A stretch of DNA of 64,000 nucleotides from an uncultured Gammaproteobacteria bacterium (GTDB taxonomy: Bacteria; Pseudomonadota; Gammaproteobacteria; Pseudomonadales; Cellvibrionaceae). Of this stretch, positions 9,925-20,770 are shown one piece after another. The notes under the pieces were generated by a model. It saw only the letters and a list, made by a program, of their open reading frames with translations, was not told the origin of the DNA and did not search any database. The position numbers and the translations under genes are program-made. The stretch is from contig CBHTVU010000001.1 in the NCBI GenBank assembly GCA_966096785.1, positions 8,850-72,849 on the forward strand, read 5' to 3'. How positions within the stretch are numbered: position 1 is the first letter of the stretch; every line of letters begins with the position of its first letter.

Positions 9925-12225
9925 TGCAGGCTCTGCTTCAGCTTCTTTATTTTCGGCTATTCGTTCCTTACTTTCATTCTGCATTTCAGTTGTGACTATT
10001 TTTGTTTGGTTGTTTTCTGTATTCATTCCCAGCTTCATTTGCAATTCCATTTGGAGTAGCGCCGCTTCAAGCTGCTTCTCGCGCTCCATATATTGCATTT
10101 TCAGACCCCATTCCATTTGGAGGGTTTGTTGACGGGCCTGCTCTGCAACCATAGCAGTCTGTTGCGCGCCCTGGTTGTTTTCCTGAATCTTTGCCATTTC
10201 AGCCTTCTGAGCCGCCTCCTTGTTCTTACGGGCTTTATATGCCAGCATCTGCTGGGCCTGCTTAACATTATATACATTTAATATATACAACGCATCGGCG
10301 CTGTCCAGAAACCCTTGGGCTTGATCCTGCTGAATCGCCATCATTAATAGCTGCTTCTGATCATCGTTGGGGCGCTCATCTAACATGATGCCGTAATCGC
10401 GCATACGCAAGGTGTCTGACACCTCTATAAACTGTAGGGTGTTGCTGTTAAGCGCTTTGGCGTAGCCTTCTACTTTGCCCATTTTCAACGACTGCTGCAT
10501 AAGCATCAACATGTCATTGGCAAGGGATTCGAGCAGATACCGTTCGCCGAATTGAAGCGGGAACAATGAATTATTGGTAGATTCCACCGCTATTGATGCG
10601 ACGCCATTCAGTGTTTTTGGATTAGGCGTAGAGCCGTCTGTAAGTTCATTAAGCCCTATGATGCTCTGCATCTGCGTTATTGTAATCTGCAAGTGTTCAT
10701 ATAGCGCTTTAAGCTGATCATAAACGTTGTTGTCAATAGGTATTACAGGCTTGTAATTGACATTATTGCCCATGATATCCTTACTTCGACCGGCAAGGAT
10801 ACCAGTCTCAAAAAACATTTGAAGAAGATCAACAGGCTTCATGTTTTCGCCCCCCTTATTAAGCGCTACATTCTCCAGGGCGTCAAGATCAACCCACCAA
10901 CCCGAAGGCACCATGCGGTTGATAAAGTTTTGTATGCGGTAAACACACATTTGGTATTCATCGGCCAACGGCATTAACCGTTCCATCATTGATAAGGTGC
11001 GCATTTCATAGAAGTTTGGCGCAAAGAATTTATAATCGAGCGTTGTATGGGCCATTTTCTCAGGGTTAACAGACCGCTTCATGTCCTTCTTTAGCCGGAA
11101 GTCATATACATAATCGGTTCCTATTATCCACTTAACCTCATAAACAACCTTAATTTTCTTGCGTAAGTATTTATCTTTCTTATAATTACGGCGCTCCCAT
11201 TCAACTTCGTTAAACATTATGTTACCCCTGCGGTTGATGTTACGCTCAAAGTTTAATTCATTGTAAGAATAGAATTGTAAGTCTAACACTTTAACTGTGT
11301 TCTTATCGTAACTTTTAAAGTAGTTTGTACTTCGGCCAACCATGGCGGGGTTTGACCACTTGCCAGCAACATTATTCTTCATTTCATCGATTTGCTCTGG
11401 CGTGAATACCGAATTGCCATTGTCGTCACGCAATACCGCCAAGTCGATCAGGCTAACATCGATCACCTCGCCAGCATGCAGCAAGTCCCTAAAATCTGGG
11501 AAGCGGCAATAATTGGTAACAACAGCCTCTGGGTTAACATCGCGGCAGCGTGGACGCCCATCCTTATCAAGCCATGCCTTGTACCCAGCTGGGCCACAAT
11601 CAAACTCGCTTTCAAACCAGCGGCGGCGCATCATCTTAACATCGTTCTCATAGAACATGAGCTGTATGGCTTGTTCAGCGTCTTTGCTGCGGTTGAACTG
11701 TTCGCCAAACTCAACCCGCATTTCCAACTCTTCAAAATCCATTGGCTCACCTGGCTGTGGTTGTAACATCGGGTGGTTTGCCAGTTCGGGGTTTTGCTGC
11801 TCCATCAGCTTACGCATAGCGATCTTTGCCTTGGTATCAGCGTAATAACCGTCAAGCTCACCCTTGGCCTGTGGATCAATGGGCGTTGCTACGATATTAT
11901 ATTCCTGTTGTACAAGCCGGGAAATAGCAATGTCACGAAATTTGGGTATGATAGGGCGTACTGACCAATCAACAACCAACCAAGTATTATCAGTTTGTTC
12001 GTCAACTGCTAACAGCTTCTTATACTTATTTATCGGCTGTTTGCCTTGCGCATATAAACGCAGTTCCTCGTACTTATCTGCTGCGTTGTAAAAGCATGTT
12101 CGGGGAATGGTATAATTCCAGTCGCTCCAAGCTGCCTTTGCATACTTCATACCCCACTTAGCATCCTTTAACTTAGGATCAATATCATGTGGGGGGTAAA
12201 CGCCTTTGTCATCTACAGAGATCAT
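9922..12225 (-). CDS. portal protein (by size and synteny)
   Basis: 767 aa. Its start overlaps the terminase stop (ATGA at 12222-12225). Q/E/K-rich helical C-terminal tail. Confidence 0.65.
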   Translation of the reverse strand: MISVDDKGVYPPHDIDPKLKDAKWGMKYAKAAWSDWNYTIPRTCFYNAADKYEELRLYAQGKQPINKYKKLLAVDEQTDNTWLVVDWSVRPIIPKFRDIAISRLVQQEYNIVATPIDPQAKGELDGYYADTKAKIAMRKLMEQQNPELANHPMLQPQPGEPMDFEELEMRVEFGEQFNRSKDAEQAIQLMFYENDVKMMRRRWFESEFDCGPAGYKAWLDKDGRPRCRDVNPEAVVTNYCRFPDFRDLLHAGEVIDVSLIDLAVLRDDNGNSVFTPEQIDEMKNNVAGKWSNPAMVGRSTNYFKSYDKNTVKVLDLQFYSYNELNFERNINRRGNIMFNEVEWERRNYKKDKYLRKKIKVVYEVKWIIGTDYVYDFRLKKDMKRSVNPEKMAHTTLDYKFFAPNFYEMRTLSMMERLMPLADEYQMCVYRIQNFINRMVPSGWWVDLDALENVALNKGGENMKPVDLLQMFFETGILAGRSKDIMGNNVNYKPVIPIDNNVYDQLKALYEHLQITITQMQSIIGLNELTDGSTPNPKTLNGVASIAVESTNNSLFPLQFGERYLLESLANDMLMLMQQSLKMGKVEGYAKALNSNTLQFIEVSDTLRMRDYGIMLDERPNDDQKQLLMMAIQQDQAQGFLDSADALYILNVYNVKQAQQMLAYKARKNKEAAQKAEMAKIQENNQGAQQTAMVAEQARQQTLQMEWGLKMQYMEREKQLEAALLQMELQMKLGMNTENNQTKIVTTEMQNESKERIAENKEAEAEPA

Positions 12226-14237
12226 ATAGTAGCTTTACGCATTCTGAAATAATTTGATATATCGCGTGTTTCCTCAACCTTTCGTTGGTAGGTTTTGTCA
12301 CGGGCGGCGATCAACGCAAAACCAGCTGCCATTGCAACGTCATACTTAGTTGTAGCGCCAAGATCAAAGAGCAACCATTCCCTTAGCAGCTCTTTGAAGT
12401 AAACTTTTTCACAGTGTTCATTAATGTAGGATTCTGTATAATCAGCCAACCATTGGTGTACTTTCTTGTGGCCATCTGTATAAACCCCATAATCATCTTC
12501 GCCGGGTAACATCATTAAAAACCCTTCACAATTTTTATCTATGAAGTAGGACCGCCAGTGATCCACATTGCGTTCAAACAATACCTGACAGCCATAATAC
12601 CACGCCATCTTTAATATATCCTCATTGGCCATGGCAGTTGTTACTGCCCGGTAACGGTAGTAACAAACGAACGTATCATTATATGGGTGTTTGCTATTAA
12701 GTGGGTCGTATTTCTTATAGACAAATGCCGCGCAGTCTGATCTGCGATTGTCCTTTACAGCATCATATTTAAACGGGTCACAGCCGATGGCAAAGGCAAA
12801 ATTGTTATTAGGGTAATATCGCTCATTGCGTTTTACCACCTTGTTTGCCTGATCATAATTCTCCATTAGATACGCGACTTCCCAGCGGCCATTGCTTGAT
12901 TTCTCAAACTTTACCTTTGTAAATGGCTCACCATTCTCCCAAACAAAATTGCCCCTGGTAACCAGGTTTTGTTTATAACTTATGGCGTCCAGTTGGTAAT
13001 TGAGCCGCATGGAGTCGTACAGACAACGATCACCGTCAATGCGAAACGCCTCCTGAATACTAAATGGGTTTTTGCGTATAATGGAGCTTAAAGCTCTGGG
13101 GTCACTTTGTAGGCCGGCGCGTTCCTTAAGAAAGAATTCTTTAGCCCGTTCAACTTCCGGCATGCCGTACTTATCAAAATAGAAGGTTTCATAAGCTGGC
13201 AGAAAGAACCGGTACAGGCCTGACTTAGTACGGCCATTCTCGTTACGTTCGTTAGGGTCCGAACTGTCCCAAATCTTTTTGCCGTTCTCACCACCATTTT
13301 CCATCTCTTCAATGGTCGTTGTTAACAGCGCTTTACCTACCCAGTTGCCATCCTGATCTAAACAAAAACGCACAACATTCCAACGGTCCCACACATTACA
13401 GTCCATAGTCTTGCCAAACTCATCCATTACATAGGTGTTCAGCTTACTGCCGTCATAATAAAATGGCTCTGATGAACCAAAATCTATCCAGCTTTCCAGC
13501 TCTTCACCCTGTAAGATCTTCTCAGCATTACGGCCCTTTGTTGACGTTTGAAAGAACCGTAATTCAGTTGAAGGCGCCATACCCTTTGACCTGTCATATA
13601 CAGGCCTGAAGAAATCGGGCATTTTCTTAAAGAAGGATACCACCGTTTTCTTAAACACCTGCCGGGCGTCCTCGCCCGTTTTGGACTGAATACCGCCATG
13701 ATGATTACGGTACAGACTGGTACGATCAAGTAATATGGAACCGGACTTATAGGTTTTACCCATGCGCCGACGCTCAATATCTACCAGTCCTGCACACCTG
13801 GGGTCCTCCACACAATACTCCCACACGTAGTAAAATTTACGATCAGTATCCCGATAGTACGGATAGCCAATGTCTATTTTACAATAATTAATGTATGTAA
13901 AGTAAGAGCCGTTTATATAGGTAGGGTGCCCGTTATTAAAGAACCATACACCACATAAGCGGTATTTCCAGTGCTGCTCACGTATACGCTCAAGGTCCTT
14001 GTCAAAATATTCCGGGTCATCCCGTTGCTCATCCTCTTCCTCCCTGCGGCGCTTTTCCCAGTCGTCTGGCAGCTCTATACGTCGCCATAGCTGATCTTCT
14101 TTTTTATTGGCGATTTTTTGGATGCCTACAAACTCCAGCTCGCCTGTCAGCCGGTTTTTACCATAACCAACTGGCGGTAACTGGCACTCGTAGCCTTGAA
14201 TCTCTTCTACACTTCCTCCTTCAATTGGGTAGTACAT
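12222..14237 (-). CDS. terL: terminase large subunit
   Basis: 671 aa. Walker A-like RRRMGKTY, Walker B-like LNTYVMDEFG, and a C-terminal nuclease-like acidic motif (AIGCDPFKYD). Confidence 0.85.
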   Translation of the reverse strand: MYYPIEGGSVEEIQGYECQLPPVGYGKNRLTGELEFVGIQKIANKKEDQLWRRIELPDDWEKRRREEEDEQRDDPEYFDKDLERIREQHWKYRLCGVWFFNNGHPTYINGSYFTYINYCKIDIGYPYYRDTDRKFYYVWEYCVEDPRCAGLVDIERRRMGKTYKSGSILLDRTSLYRNHHGGIQSKTGEDARQVFKKTVVSFFKKMPDFFRPVYDRSKGMAPSTELRFFQTSTKGRNAEKILQGEELESWIDFGSSEPFYYDGSKLNTYVMDEFGKTMDCNVWDRWNVVRFCLDQDGNWVGKALLTTTIEEMENGGENGKKIWDSSDPNERNENGRTKSGLYRFFLPAYETFYFDKYGMPEVERAKEFFLKERAGLQSDPRALSSIIRKNPFSIQEAFRIDGDRCLYDSMRLNYQLDAISYKQNLVTRGNFVWENGEPFTKVKFEKSSNGRWEVAYLMENYDQANKVVKRNERYYPNNNFAFAIGCDPFKYDAVKDNRRSDCAAFVYKKYDPLNSKHPYNDTFVCYYRYRAVTTAMANEDILKMAWYYGCQVLFERNVDHWRSYFIDKNCEGFLMMLPGEDDYGVYTDGHKKVHQWLADYTESYINEHCEKVYFKELLREWLLFDLGATTKYDVAMAAGFALIAARDKTYQRKVEETRDISNYFRMRKATI

Positions 14238-14245
14238 ATCACCGC

Positions 14246-14295
14246 CTAAACTATAGGGAAGGCGGCTTATTTAGCCAAAAAGCGGATTGACTTAT
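14246..14295 (-). promoter_or_regulatory. conserved late-type promoter element, copy 2
   Basis: Minus strand: ATAAGTCAATCCGCTTTTTGG-N21-TAGTTTAG, then 8 nt to the terL ATG. Same spacing as copies 1 and 3. Confidence 0.6.
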
Positions 14296-14873
14296 TTGCC
14301 GTTAGCAATCATTTCTGGTGTAAGTCGTCGTTTAGCTTTCTGCTGAAGATCATCATCCTCACCAAAAAATGTTCGGTATAGTTGATCCAGGCGCCGAATA
14401 TCCTTTTCTATCTCTTCCTTGATAGCCGCCTTCTTCTGTACAGAGTCTAGTTTCTCCCGGCTGTTCTTACCACTAATAGGCTCACACACTTCTTTAATGG
14501 ACTCCCAGAATGAAGATTCAAACGCACATATAGCCGCCCATTCTTTGGAACGGGCAAACCGCATAAGGTATTTGATAATTAATGATGGGCTATAGATGTG
14601 CGTTGAGTTAACAACAGCTGCTGCTAATGTTTCATCTGTCAGTCTTGCCAGCAATACCGCAGTATCTTTACGGTAATTAAGGTCCCGCTCATAGCTTACA
14701 AGCGGCGACTTTGGATCATATACCATTATCATAAATCGTAAGATGCTGTCCAGGTTCTCGTCATACCATTCTGCATCTATGATTTCGCCCAGCTTTGGAT
14801 AAGTTTCCAGTATCTCCGTATCAATTAACGGGTTAAACTGACAATTCTTAAAGTCTGATTGTTTGTAGGTCAT
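14292..14873 (-). CDS. hypothetical protein (small-terminase position)
   Basis: 193-aa helical, acidic ORF immediately upstream of terL. No motif recognised; the call rests on position only. Confidence 0.3.
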   Translation of the reverse strand: MTYKQSDFKNCQFNPLIDTEILETYPKLGEIIDAEWYDENLDSILRFMIMVYDPKSPLVSYERDLNYRKDTAVLLARLTDETLAAAVVNSTHIYSPSLIIKYLMRFARSKEWAAICAFESSFWESIKEVCEPISGKNSREKLDSVQKKAAIKEEIEKDIRRLDQLYRTFFGEDDDLQQKAKRRLTPEMIANGK

Positions 14874-17800
14874 TGGTTTTGTTTGGCTTTTCTTTCATCG
14901 GATTGTTTTTTCTGCCCAGCCTTCTTTTGTTCTGCTGCTTCAATTTTGTATATATCCATTTTTTGTTCTTCCCATGTCTTTAGCAACTCCTTGCTATAAT
15001 CGATCAGTTGGTTGCCTATTTCTTCGCGTTGCTCATCGGTATCAGCGTTAAAATAATCACCAACAATTCCATTAAATGCCTTATAAGCAGGAACCCTAGT
15101 TAGGCCGAACTCTTTGGCATATGCGATCATGTCTTGGACAGACTTTGAATTATATGCTGGGCTACGCTTAAACAAACCGGTATCCGTAAAATCAAACTTA
15201 TGGCGACTATCATCACGTCCAATGTCTGACAACTTAAGGGCAAAGGCGCCAGTGTAGGAGAATTGCCGTTGTAAAAAATGATCCCACTTACGAGCATCAA
15301 TGTCAGCTAGATTTTGTACAAATGGTATATATTTAATTGCTTCGATTTGTGAAAACCTCTGCAAAAGCTGTCCTAACCTGGAAGCTGTTTCTGTGTGACG
15401 CATAGCCAAGTTTAAAGCATCTTCGTCAATGGGTATTATATTGCGCTCCCTAAAGAAATCATAGTTAGCCATGCCTTCTATTACTGTTTGATAAGGACCG
15501 GCTATATTGCCCTCATCAAATGGCAGTATAAGCTTCAATACTTGCGGCGCTAGTCCATCAAAAGCTTTCTTATTGTCGGCATATTTATAACTTAATAGCC
15601 GATCAACGCCCATTAGTGGGATAGCTAACTCGTATGGCTTGGGTATGCTGAGCCATTTATTAGGGCCAACGCGAAAATTCCAAAACATGTCACGTTGGTA
15701 ACCTGGCAGTTCTTCATAAAGTTTTTCATCCTCTTCGTTACGGTGGTTCCAGAGCCATGCGGCTACGCCAGGAACAATGCTATAAGCAAACGTTTTTAGC
15801 ATAAACCCGCCAGGATTTTCCTTAAAACTGTATGCGGCAGAACGTAAGCCTTGTACTGCTGCATTACTGAATGGAATTATCTGATTGGCAATTTTCATCC
15901 AATTCCCCATAATCGCGAAGTCAATAAGGTTACGTGCTTTATACGCCGCATACATCGAAGCGTTATAATCATCCATGCCTTTCTTCTTTGCTTCTTTAAA
16001 GGCAGATCGATATTCAGCAACACGGTTAGATGTTTCTCCCTTGGTCAATAAATCTGTATACCCGCCCCACATACGCTTGAACAGTGCGGGGTCAGCCAGA
16101 ATAAATCGCTTATCTTTCGCCATCCCGCTCATGGCCTCCGTCAACAGGCCATAGTAATAATCTTTGCTTTTAGCGTAATGTCCACTATTTAAGCCGCCAG
16201 CCCGCGCAATAGCGTGCCAGTCCTCTTGGCTACCAATTAAGCTGGCGAATCCAGAGCCTGTAGTTGATTTTATGAGCCTATCCTGGGTATCCCTTACCCA
16301 GTTACGAACCGCAAAGGCCGGGAAGTGGGTGGTAAAAAATCTTAAAGTAGTTGCTGGCAATGTTATTAATGTTGGGAGCCTATATGCCTCTTTATCAAGC
16401 CCCTTAAGTTGTTCGTGAATATCCTTTTGGAATCGCCATTTCTCAGCCTTCCCGTTTATAAAAATAGATATTGTGTCTGGGTCCCCATCCTTCGCTATGA
16501 TGCCAATATCTGAATAACGCTTGGGGTCCCCTTCATTGCTGAAACGCGGATCAATTAACAAATCCCTAAACGCTCGTAGCACATCATTACGATCTGATTC
16601 ACGCATTGTTTTATAGAGCGTGTCAAGTAATGAAGAGTATGGGTTTTTTATGGTTTTAGTTGACCCTTGAATGTTATGCAGAAATTGGGTAGCGCTACCT
16701 AATGCTGCACCAGGCCCCTCAAAGCCAGTTATTTCTTCACCAGGCGCTGTTTCCATTACACGCTGCAACGCAACATATTGCTCATTGTTCTCTGTAATAT
16801 ATTCATACGCCTCCTGTGATAAGCGTCCTTTATCTACCGCGTAGCTCAGTATTGCATCCGCTAATTGTCGGTAGCGTTTTGCTGCTTCCTGTATACGCGC
16901 CAGCCGCTTAGGGTCGCCATTATAATATTCGGTCAATGCTTTCTGTGCAACTTCAAAGTCTTCCCTGATTCCTGCACCAACACCCGTTAATTCATTGCCG
17001 CGCGCAAATTTCTTAGACAACTCAACTGTTCTTTCTGCTACCATAAACGCAATTGTATCCTGCATATCTGCCTTAACTGTACCAGACGTTGAGTTGTCAA
17101 AAGGCGCTAAGAGCCACGCAAGATTCATGGCATTGCCATTGCCGTCTGAAAGTACTTCGCCTCGCCCATTGATCATTCCACTCTTAAGAATCTCTCCAAA
17201 CTTACCGTCTATGCCTAGCAGTATGCGTGACAGGATAAGCGGGTCATTTTCCGGCAATACATCATCAAGGCCACGCAGGCCTTTGGCGTATTTAAAAGCT
17301 TTCTCAAAAGCCGCTAACGGGTTTATGAAGTTTGCCGCAAGCTTGTTGACCCATGTGATGCTAAACTCATTATTTGTTTCTTCCTTCTTAAAAAGTTTTC
17401 CTAAAAGCCCTTTCGGTTTATCAGGCTCAAATTCAATATTAGCCTTCATGATATCTGAACCATTAGCACCCGCTAGGATTCTGATATCATCGGAGAATGA
17501 TTGAATAGTGCTGCGAAATTTATCGCTGGTATTTGCTTTGTATAACGCCGTAACCTTGGGCGCCATTTGTTCAGCAGCTGCCGGATTTACAACATATGCA
17601 CGCAGCCATTCAGCAAACCCTTCCTTGTCTATATATCGACGCGGGTTTGGGTGTCCAGTTGGCGGTGTGCTACCAAATGAAGCAAACTGATCCAGCTCTG
17701 TCAATGCAACTGGGTCTTTTGCAATTTTAGTATAAAGATCAAAGTGGTCGTCTATAGCGTGTCCAAGCTCATGGGCAATAGTATCCAGATCGTTATTGCG

Positions 17801-20767
17801 TTTTATTTTTATGCCTTTAAACCCCGGTAGATATGCTCCAATACCCCCGTAACGACCCGTTTTCCCATAAATCAGGCGCTGCTTAAGGCCAGTTGTCACG
17901 TCCTTTACAATTTGTGGTAATTTCTTTGGTTGTTTCCCAACGATTGGATCAGGCATGATACGACCTGTCTGAGCAGGCGTTGCGCCTATGTTGGACTCAT
18001 AAAACTTTTCTTGCGTTTGTGTGACTTTTTGTTTTGGCGCCTTTGATCTTGTAGCTCCTGCGCTTTCTTCAAAGGATGCAGCAGGCTTCTGCACATTTGC
18101 CCGCTGAATATTTTCTACAATTTCCTTTGCATTTTGGGTTTGCATCGCTTTCTCCGAGAATTCCATCTCGCCGCTATCCATCTTAGCGTATAGCTTGCCA
18201 TCACGCAAAACAAATGACTGTCCGGTAGTCGGGTTGGTCCAGTGCTGTTCATTAGAGGTATCTGTATTTTGAGCATTTGCACGCCTATTGCCCCAGAACG
18301 CCTTCCCATCTTTTGATTGTACTGTACTTGGCTCTATGCTTATATTAAATTGCTTTTCAGCTAAATCATACATTTTCGTTGCGAGTCCCTGACGCTGGTA
18401 CTTTCTCTCAACATCAACCCCCGTTGCATAATATGCCTTACCATCTTTCTTTTTTTTAAGCCTTAGAGTGCCTATTCGTTTATCGCCATCATACAACTTT
18501 ACACTATATACATTGCTCCCATGATCATCTGCTACAGCTTTGTACTTATTGCCACTTTTATCAGTAATTTCAGATGTTACTGCTTTTTGAGTTGGCGGTT
18601 GTTCTGAAATTGTTTCAGTTTCTATCCTAACTTTAAACTCATCTAACGTCAATGGTGTCTCATCAGGCTCAAGATTCTCCCTGTAGTCATTATACATGTT
18701 AATGTAAACATCATCTGGTAACGCGTCCAGTTTGTTTGCGCTTGGTTCAGTAACCGGCGCGGCTGTTCCTTCTGTACCCCCGATTATTTCAGCCGCGCCA
18801 GGTTCTGGCGCTGTTGCGGTAGCGCTACCTTCGGGCTGCGTTTGTTCTTGTTCTTCTGTTTCTGTTGCCTCCTTTTTATGGGTTGAATGCTCAAGAATTT
18901 CCTCATTGAGCTTTTTGATTTCTTCCTTTATTGGTGGGTGTAGTGCCTCATCTTCGGTTTCCAGGCGCTTTTGTAACTCATCGCGCTTAGCAATCTTATC
19001 AATCATGGCCATACGCGAAACGTCCTTAATATCTTCAGGAACGGTTTTATCTACAGCGCGCTGTTCCTTTATTTGGTTTTGTATATCATCTGCATCCTCT
19101 TTGGTAATGTCACCGTTCAAAACCATTTCACCCAGCTTGGCATTGGTAGTTTCTTCTGGCTGCTTGGTAATCCAATACAGTATTTTTTTATACGTCTTTG
19201 GGTCTACAGCCGCCCTGCCAACCTGGGATAAAGTACCGGCAGCTAAAGCGAATGTCAATTCACCCATGAATGCCTCACGCACAGTGTCATCATCTCTGAA
19301 CATGCCGGCTTCACGGGCAGCTTCATTCTTTTTGTCTTGTAAATAGGCCGCTACCATGCCATCGGTAACGCCTTCAATGGTTGTTTCAGCGGCAAAATGC
19401 TTAGACTTAGCAAGAACTTCCTTAACAGCATTTTTGAAACCGCCAGTGATTTTAAACTTAGGCAGTTCTTTAATACCAATACGACCGCCAAGATAGGAGG
19501 ATATAAATCCTTCGGCAGCATTATATTTGCCCTCGATCTTGGCCTGTTTTAATGCGCCCTCATAGGCTTCATCCTCGGATTTGCCCTGATTGCGCAAATC
19601 ATTATAGCTCTGCGTAAAGGCGGCTTCAAAGCCACGCTTGTAATATTCAGGGGTGTTGATAGCGGCACTTATATAAGGAGCTGCGCCCTCTGCGCCCACC
19701 AAACTTGTTGCCATGGTAGTAGCCGTGCCTTTTAACAGCGTTGCCCATTCTGAACCGAACATCTGGCCAATTTCACCAGCTCCTTTAGGAACCTCAACTG
19801 CATCATCAGGATCATACGCCGCTCTTCGGGCTTCCATAATCTTTATAACCTGGTCCTTTGGCAACTGTAGGATTTTATATCCTTCCAGGCTTTCAGCGCG
19901 CTGCCTTACACCAGCAATTAATGCTTTGAAGAAGGGCAACTCCTTAACTAGCTGTCCCGTTTGTGCATTATATTTTAGGTCGCCTTTTTCAATCGATTCA
20001 ATGTTCTGAATTATTTTATTACCAGATGCTGGCCGTTCTTGCATCCTGGCACTGGCATCCAATGCATACATCGAGCTTTGCAGCTCTTTCGCCTTCTCCG
20101 GCTTGTGTACGACAAGCTGGTTTACAAATTGTCTGGCTTGTGGCTCATTGGTTTTAATCTCACTCTTTAATCTGCCAACTTCCTCTGCTGACACTGGCAA
20201 GTCCTGTGGTTTTATTTGAGGATCTACCCGCTCACGAATTCCTGCCAGCGCGGCTGCAACAGGCATGTCTGTGCGCCGGGACTGCGCAAATTCATTATAG
20301 GCTTGCTGTTTTGCATCTTCATAACGCTGGTAGCGGATAAGCTTTTCTACAACATCATCATTCGCATCCAGTTCATTGAATAGATTAGTTTTAGCGGTTT
20401 GTAGCTTTTTATCAAATACGTCTTTTTGCACTTGTCCTGTTTTAACAGGAATGGTTGCGGCACGCGCAGTGCTTTCGGCAACAGTTGGCGACTTTACAGG
20501 TTTAGTAAAATCTTCTTTTGGTATTGTAGGCGTCTCTGGTGTTTGCTTAATAGCCGGAGCGGCACTACCACTGAAATATGATTTTAATTCAGGGTAATAG
20601 TTACTAATTTCCTCATATTTAATTTTGCTATTTGTAAGGCCATAGTATAAGCTTCTGAAGGCTTTAACTTCTTCACTTTTAAGCTTAAAATCCTTCATTA
20701 ACACATCATCCCCTTTACCGGCCTCAATGGCGTCTAACACATCATCGCCTGGTCCTGTGAATGGCAT
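14870..20767 (-). CDS. giant multidomain virion protein (polyvalent / ejected-protein type) with GNAT-like and HExxH zincin motifs
   Basis: Uninterrupted 1965-aa ORF. GNAT motif-A-like VDVERKYQRQGLATKMYDLA is encoded around 18377-18397. Zincin motif IAHELGHAIDDH is encoded around 17759-17773. Long helical linkers and a K/E/Q-rich C-terminus. Confidence 0.6.
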   Translation of the reverse strand: MPFTGPGDDVLDAIEAGKGDDVLMKDFKLKSEEVKAFRSLYYGLTNSKIKYEEISNYYPELKSYFSGSAAPAIKQTPETPTIPKEDFTKPVKSPTVAESTARAATIPVKTGQVQKDVFDKKLQTAKTNLFNELDANDDVVEKLIRYQRYEDAKQQAYNEFAQSRRTDMPVAAALAGIRERVDPQIKPQDLPVSAEEVGRLKSEIKTNEPQARQFVNQLVVHKPEKAKELQSSMYALDASARMQERPASGNKIIQNIESIEKGDLKYNAQTGQLVKELPFFKALIAGVRQRAESLEGYKILQLPKDQVIKIMEARRAAYDPDDAVEVPKGAGEIGQMFGSEWATLLKGTATTMATSLVGAEGAAPYISAAINTPEYYKRGFEAAFTQSYNDLRNQGKSEDEAYEGALKQAKIEGKYNAAEGFISSYLGGRIGIKELPKFKITGGFKNAVKEVLAKSKHFAAETTIEGVTDGMVAAYLQDKKNEAAREAGMFRDDDTVREAFMGELTFALAAGTLSQVGRAAVDPKTYKKILYWITKQPEETTNAKLGEMVLNGDITKEDADDIQNQIKEQRAVDKTVPEDIKDVSRMAMIDKIAKRDELQKRLETEDEALHPPIKEEIKKLNEEILEHSTHKKEATETEEQEQTQPEGSATATAPEPGAAEIIGGTEGTAAPVTEPSANKLDALPDDVYINMYNDYRENLEPDETPLTLDEFKVRIETETISEQPPTQKAVTSEITDKSGNKYKAVADDHGSNVYSVKLYDGDKRIGTLRLKKKKDGKAYYATGVDVERKYQRQGLATKMYDLAEKQFNISIEPSTVQSKDGKAFWGNRRANAQNTDTSNEQHWTNPTTGQSFVLRDGKLYAKMDSGEMEFSEKAMQTQNAKEIVENIQRANVQKPAASFEESAGATRSKAPKQKVTQTQEKFYESNIGATPAQTGRIMPDPIVGKQPKKLPQIVKDVTTGLKQRLIYGKTGRYGGIGAYLPGFKGIKIKRNNDLDTIAHELGHAIDDHFDLYTKIAKDPVALTELDQFASFGSTPPTGHPNPRRYIDKEGFAEWLRAYVVNPAAAEQMAPKVTALYKANTSDKFRSTIQSFSDDIRILAGANGSDIMKANIEFEPDKPKGLLGKLFKKEETNNEFSITWVNKLAANFINPLAAFEKAFKYAKGLRGLDDVLPENDPLILSRILLGIDGKFGEILKSGMINGRGEVLSDGNGNAMNLAWLLAPFDNSTSGTVKADMQDTIAFMVAERTVELSKKFARGNELTGVGAGIREDFEVAQKALTEYYNGDPKRLARIQEAAKRYRQLADAILSYAVDKGRLSQEAYEYITENNEQYVALQRVMETAPGEEITGFEGPGAALGSATQFLHNIQGSTKTIKNPYSSLLDTLYKTMRESDRNDVLRAFRDLLIDPRFSNEGDPKRYSDIGIIAKDGDPDTISIFINGKAEKWRFQKDIHEQLKGLDKEAYRLPTLITLPATTLRFFTTHFPAFAVRNWVRDTQDRLIKSTTGSGFASLIGSQEDWHAIARAGGLNSGHYAKSKDYYYGLLTEAMSGMAKDKRFILADPALFKRMWGGYTDLLTKGETSNRVAEYRSAFKEAKKKGMDDYNASMYAAYKARNLIDFAIMGNWMKIANQIIPFSNAAVQGLRSAAYSFKENPGGFMLKTFAYSIVPGVAAWLWNHRNEEDEKLYEELPGYQRDMFWNFRVGPNKWLSIPKPYELAIPLMGVDRLLSYKYADNKKAFDGLAPQVLKLILPFDEGNIAGPYQTVIEGMANYDFFRERNIIPIDEDALNLAMRHTETASRLGQLLQRFSQIEAIKYIPFVQNLADIDARKWDHFLQRQFSYTGAFALKLSDIGRDDSRHKFDFTDTGLFKRSPAYNSKSVQDMIAYAKEFGLTRVPAYKAFNGIVGDYFNADTDEQREEIGNQLIDYSKELLKTWEEQKMDIYKIEAAEQKKAGQKKQSDERKAKQNQ

Positions 20768-20770
20768 ATC

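Noticed and set aside
1809-20597. Many 60-200-aa ORFs antisense to or out of frame with the large structural genes (e.g. 1809..2216, 4131..4523, 6113..6673, 7317..7685, 11392..11766, 16995..17504, 18732..19346, 19713..20009)
   Set aside because: All lie wholly inside much longer ORFs that have recognisable motifs or synteny, and their composition is skewed (Ser/Leu/Arg/Cys-rich). They are typical shadow ORFs.
14870-20767. The giant ORF as an N4-like or crAss-like virion RNA polymerase that might read the hairpin cassettes
   Set aside because: I could not find T7-like (D..., RxxxK..YG, HDS/A) or two-barrel (DxDGD / NADFDGD-like) catalytic motifs by eye. The recognisable motifs are GNAT-like and HExxH. 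The idea stays untested, not supported.
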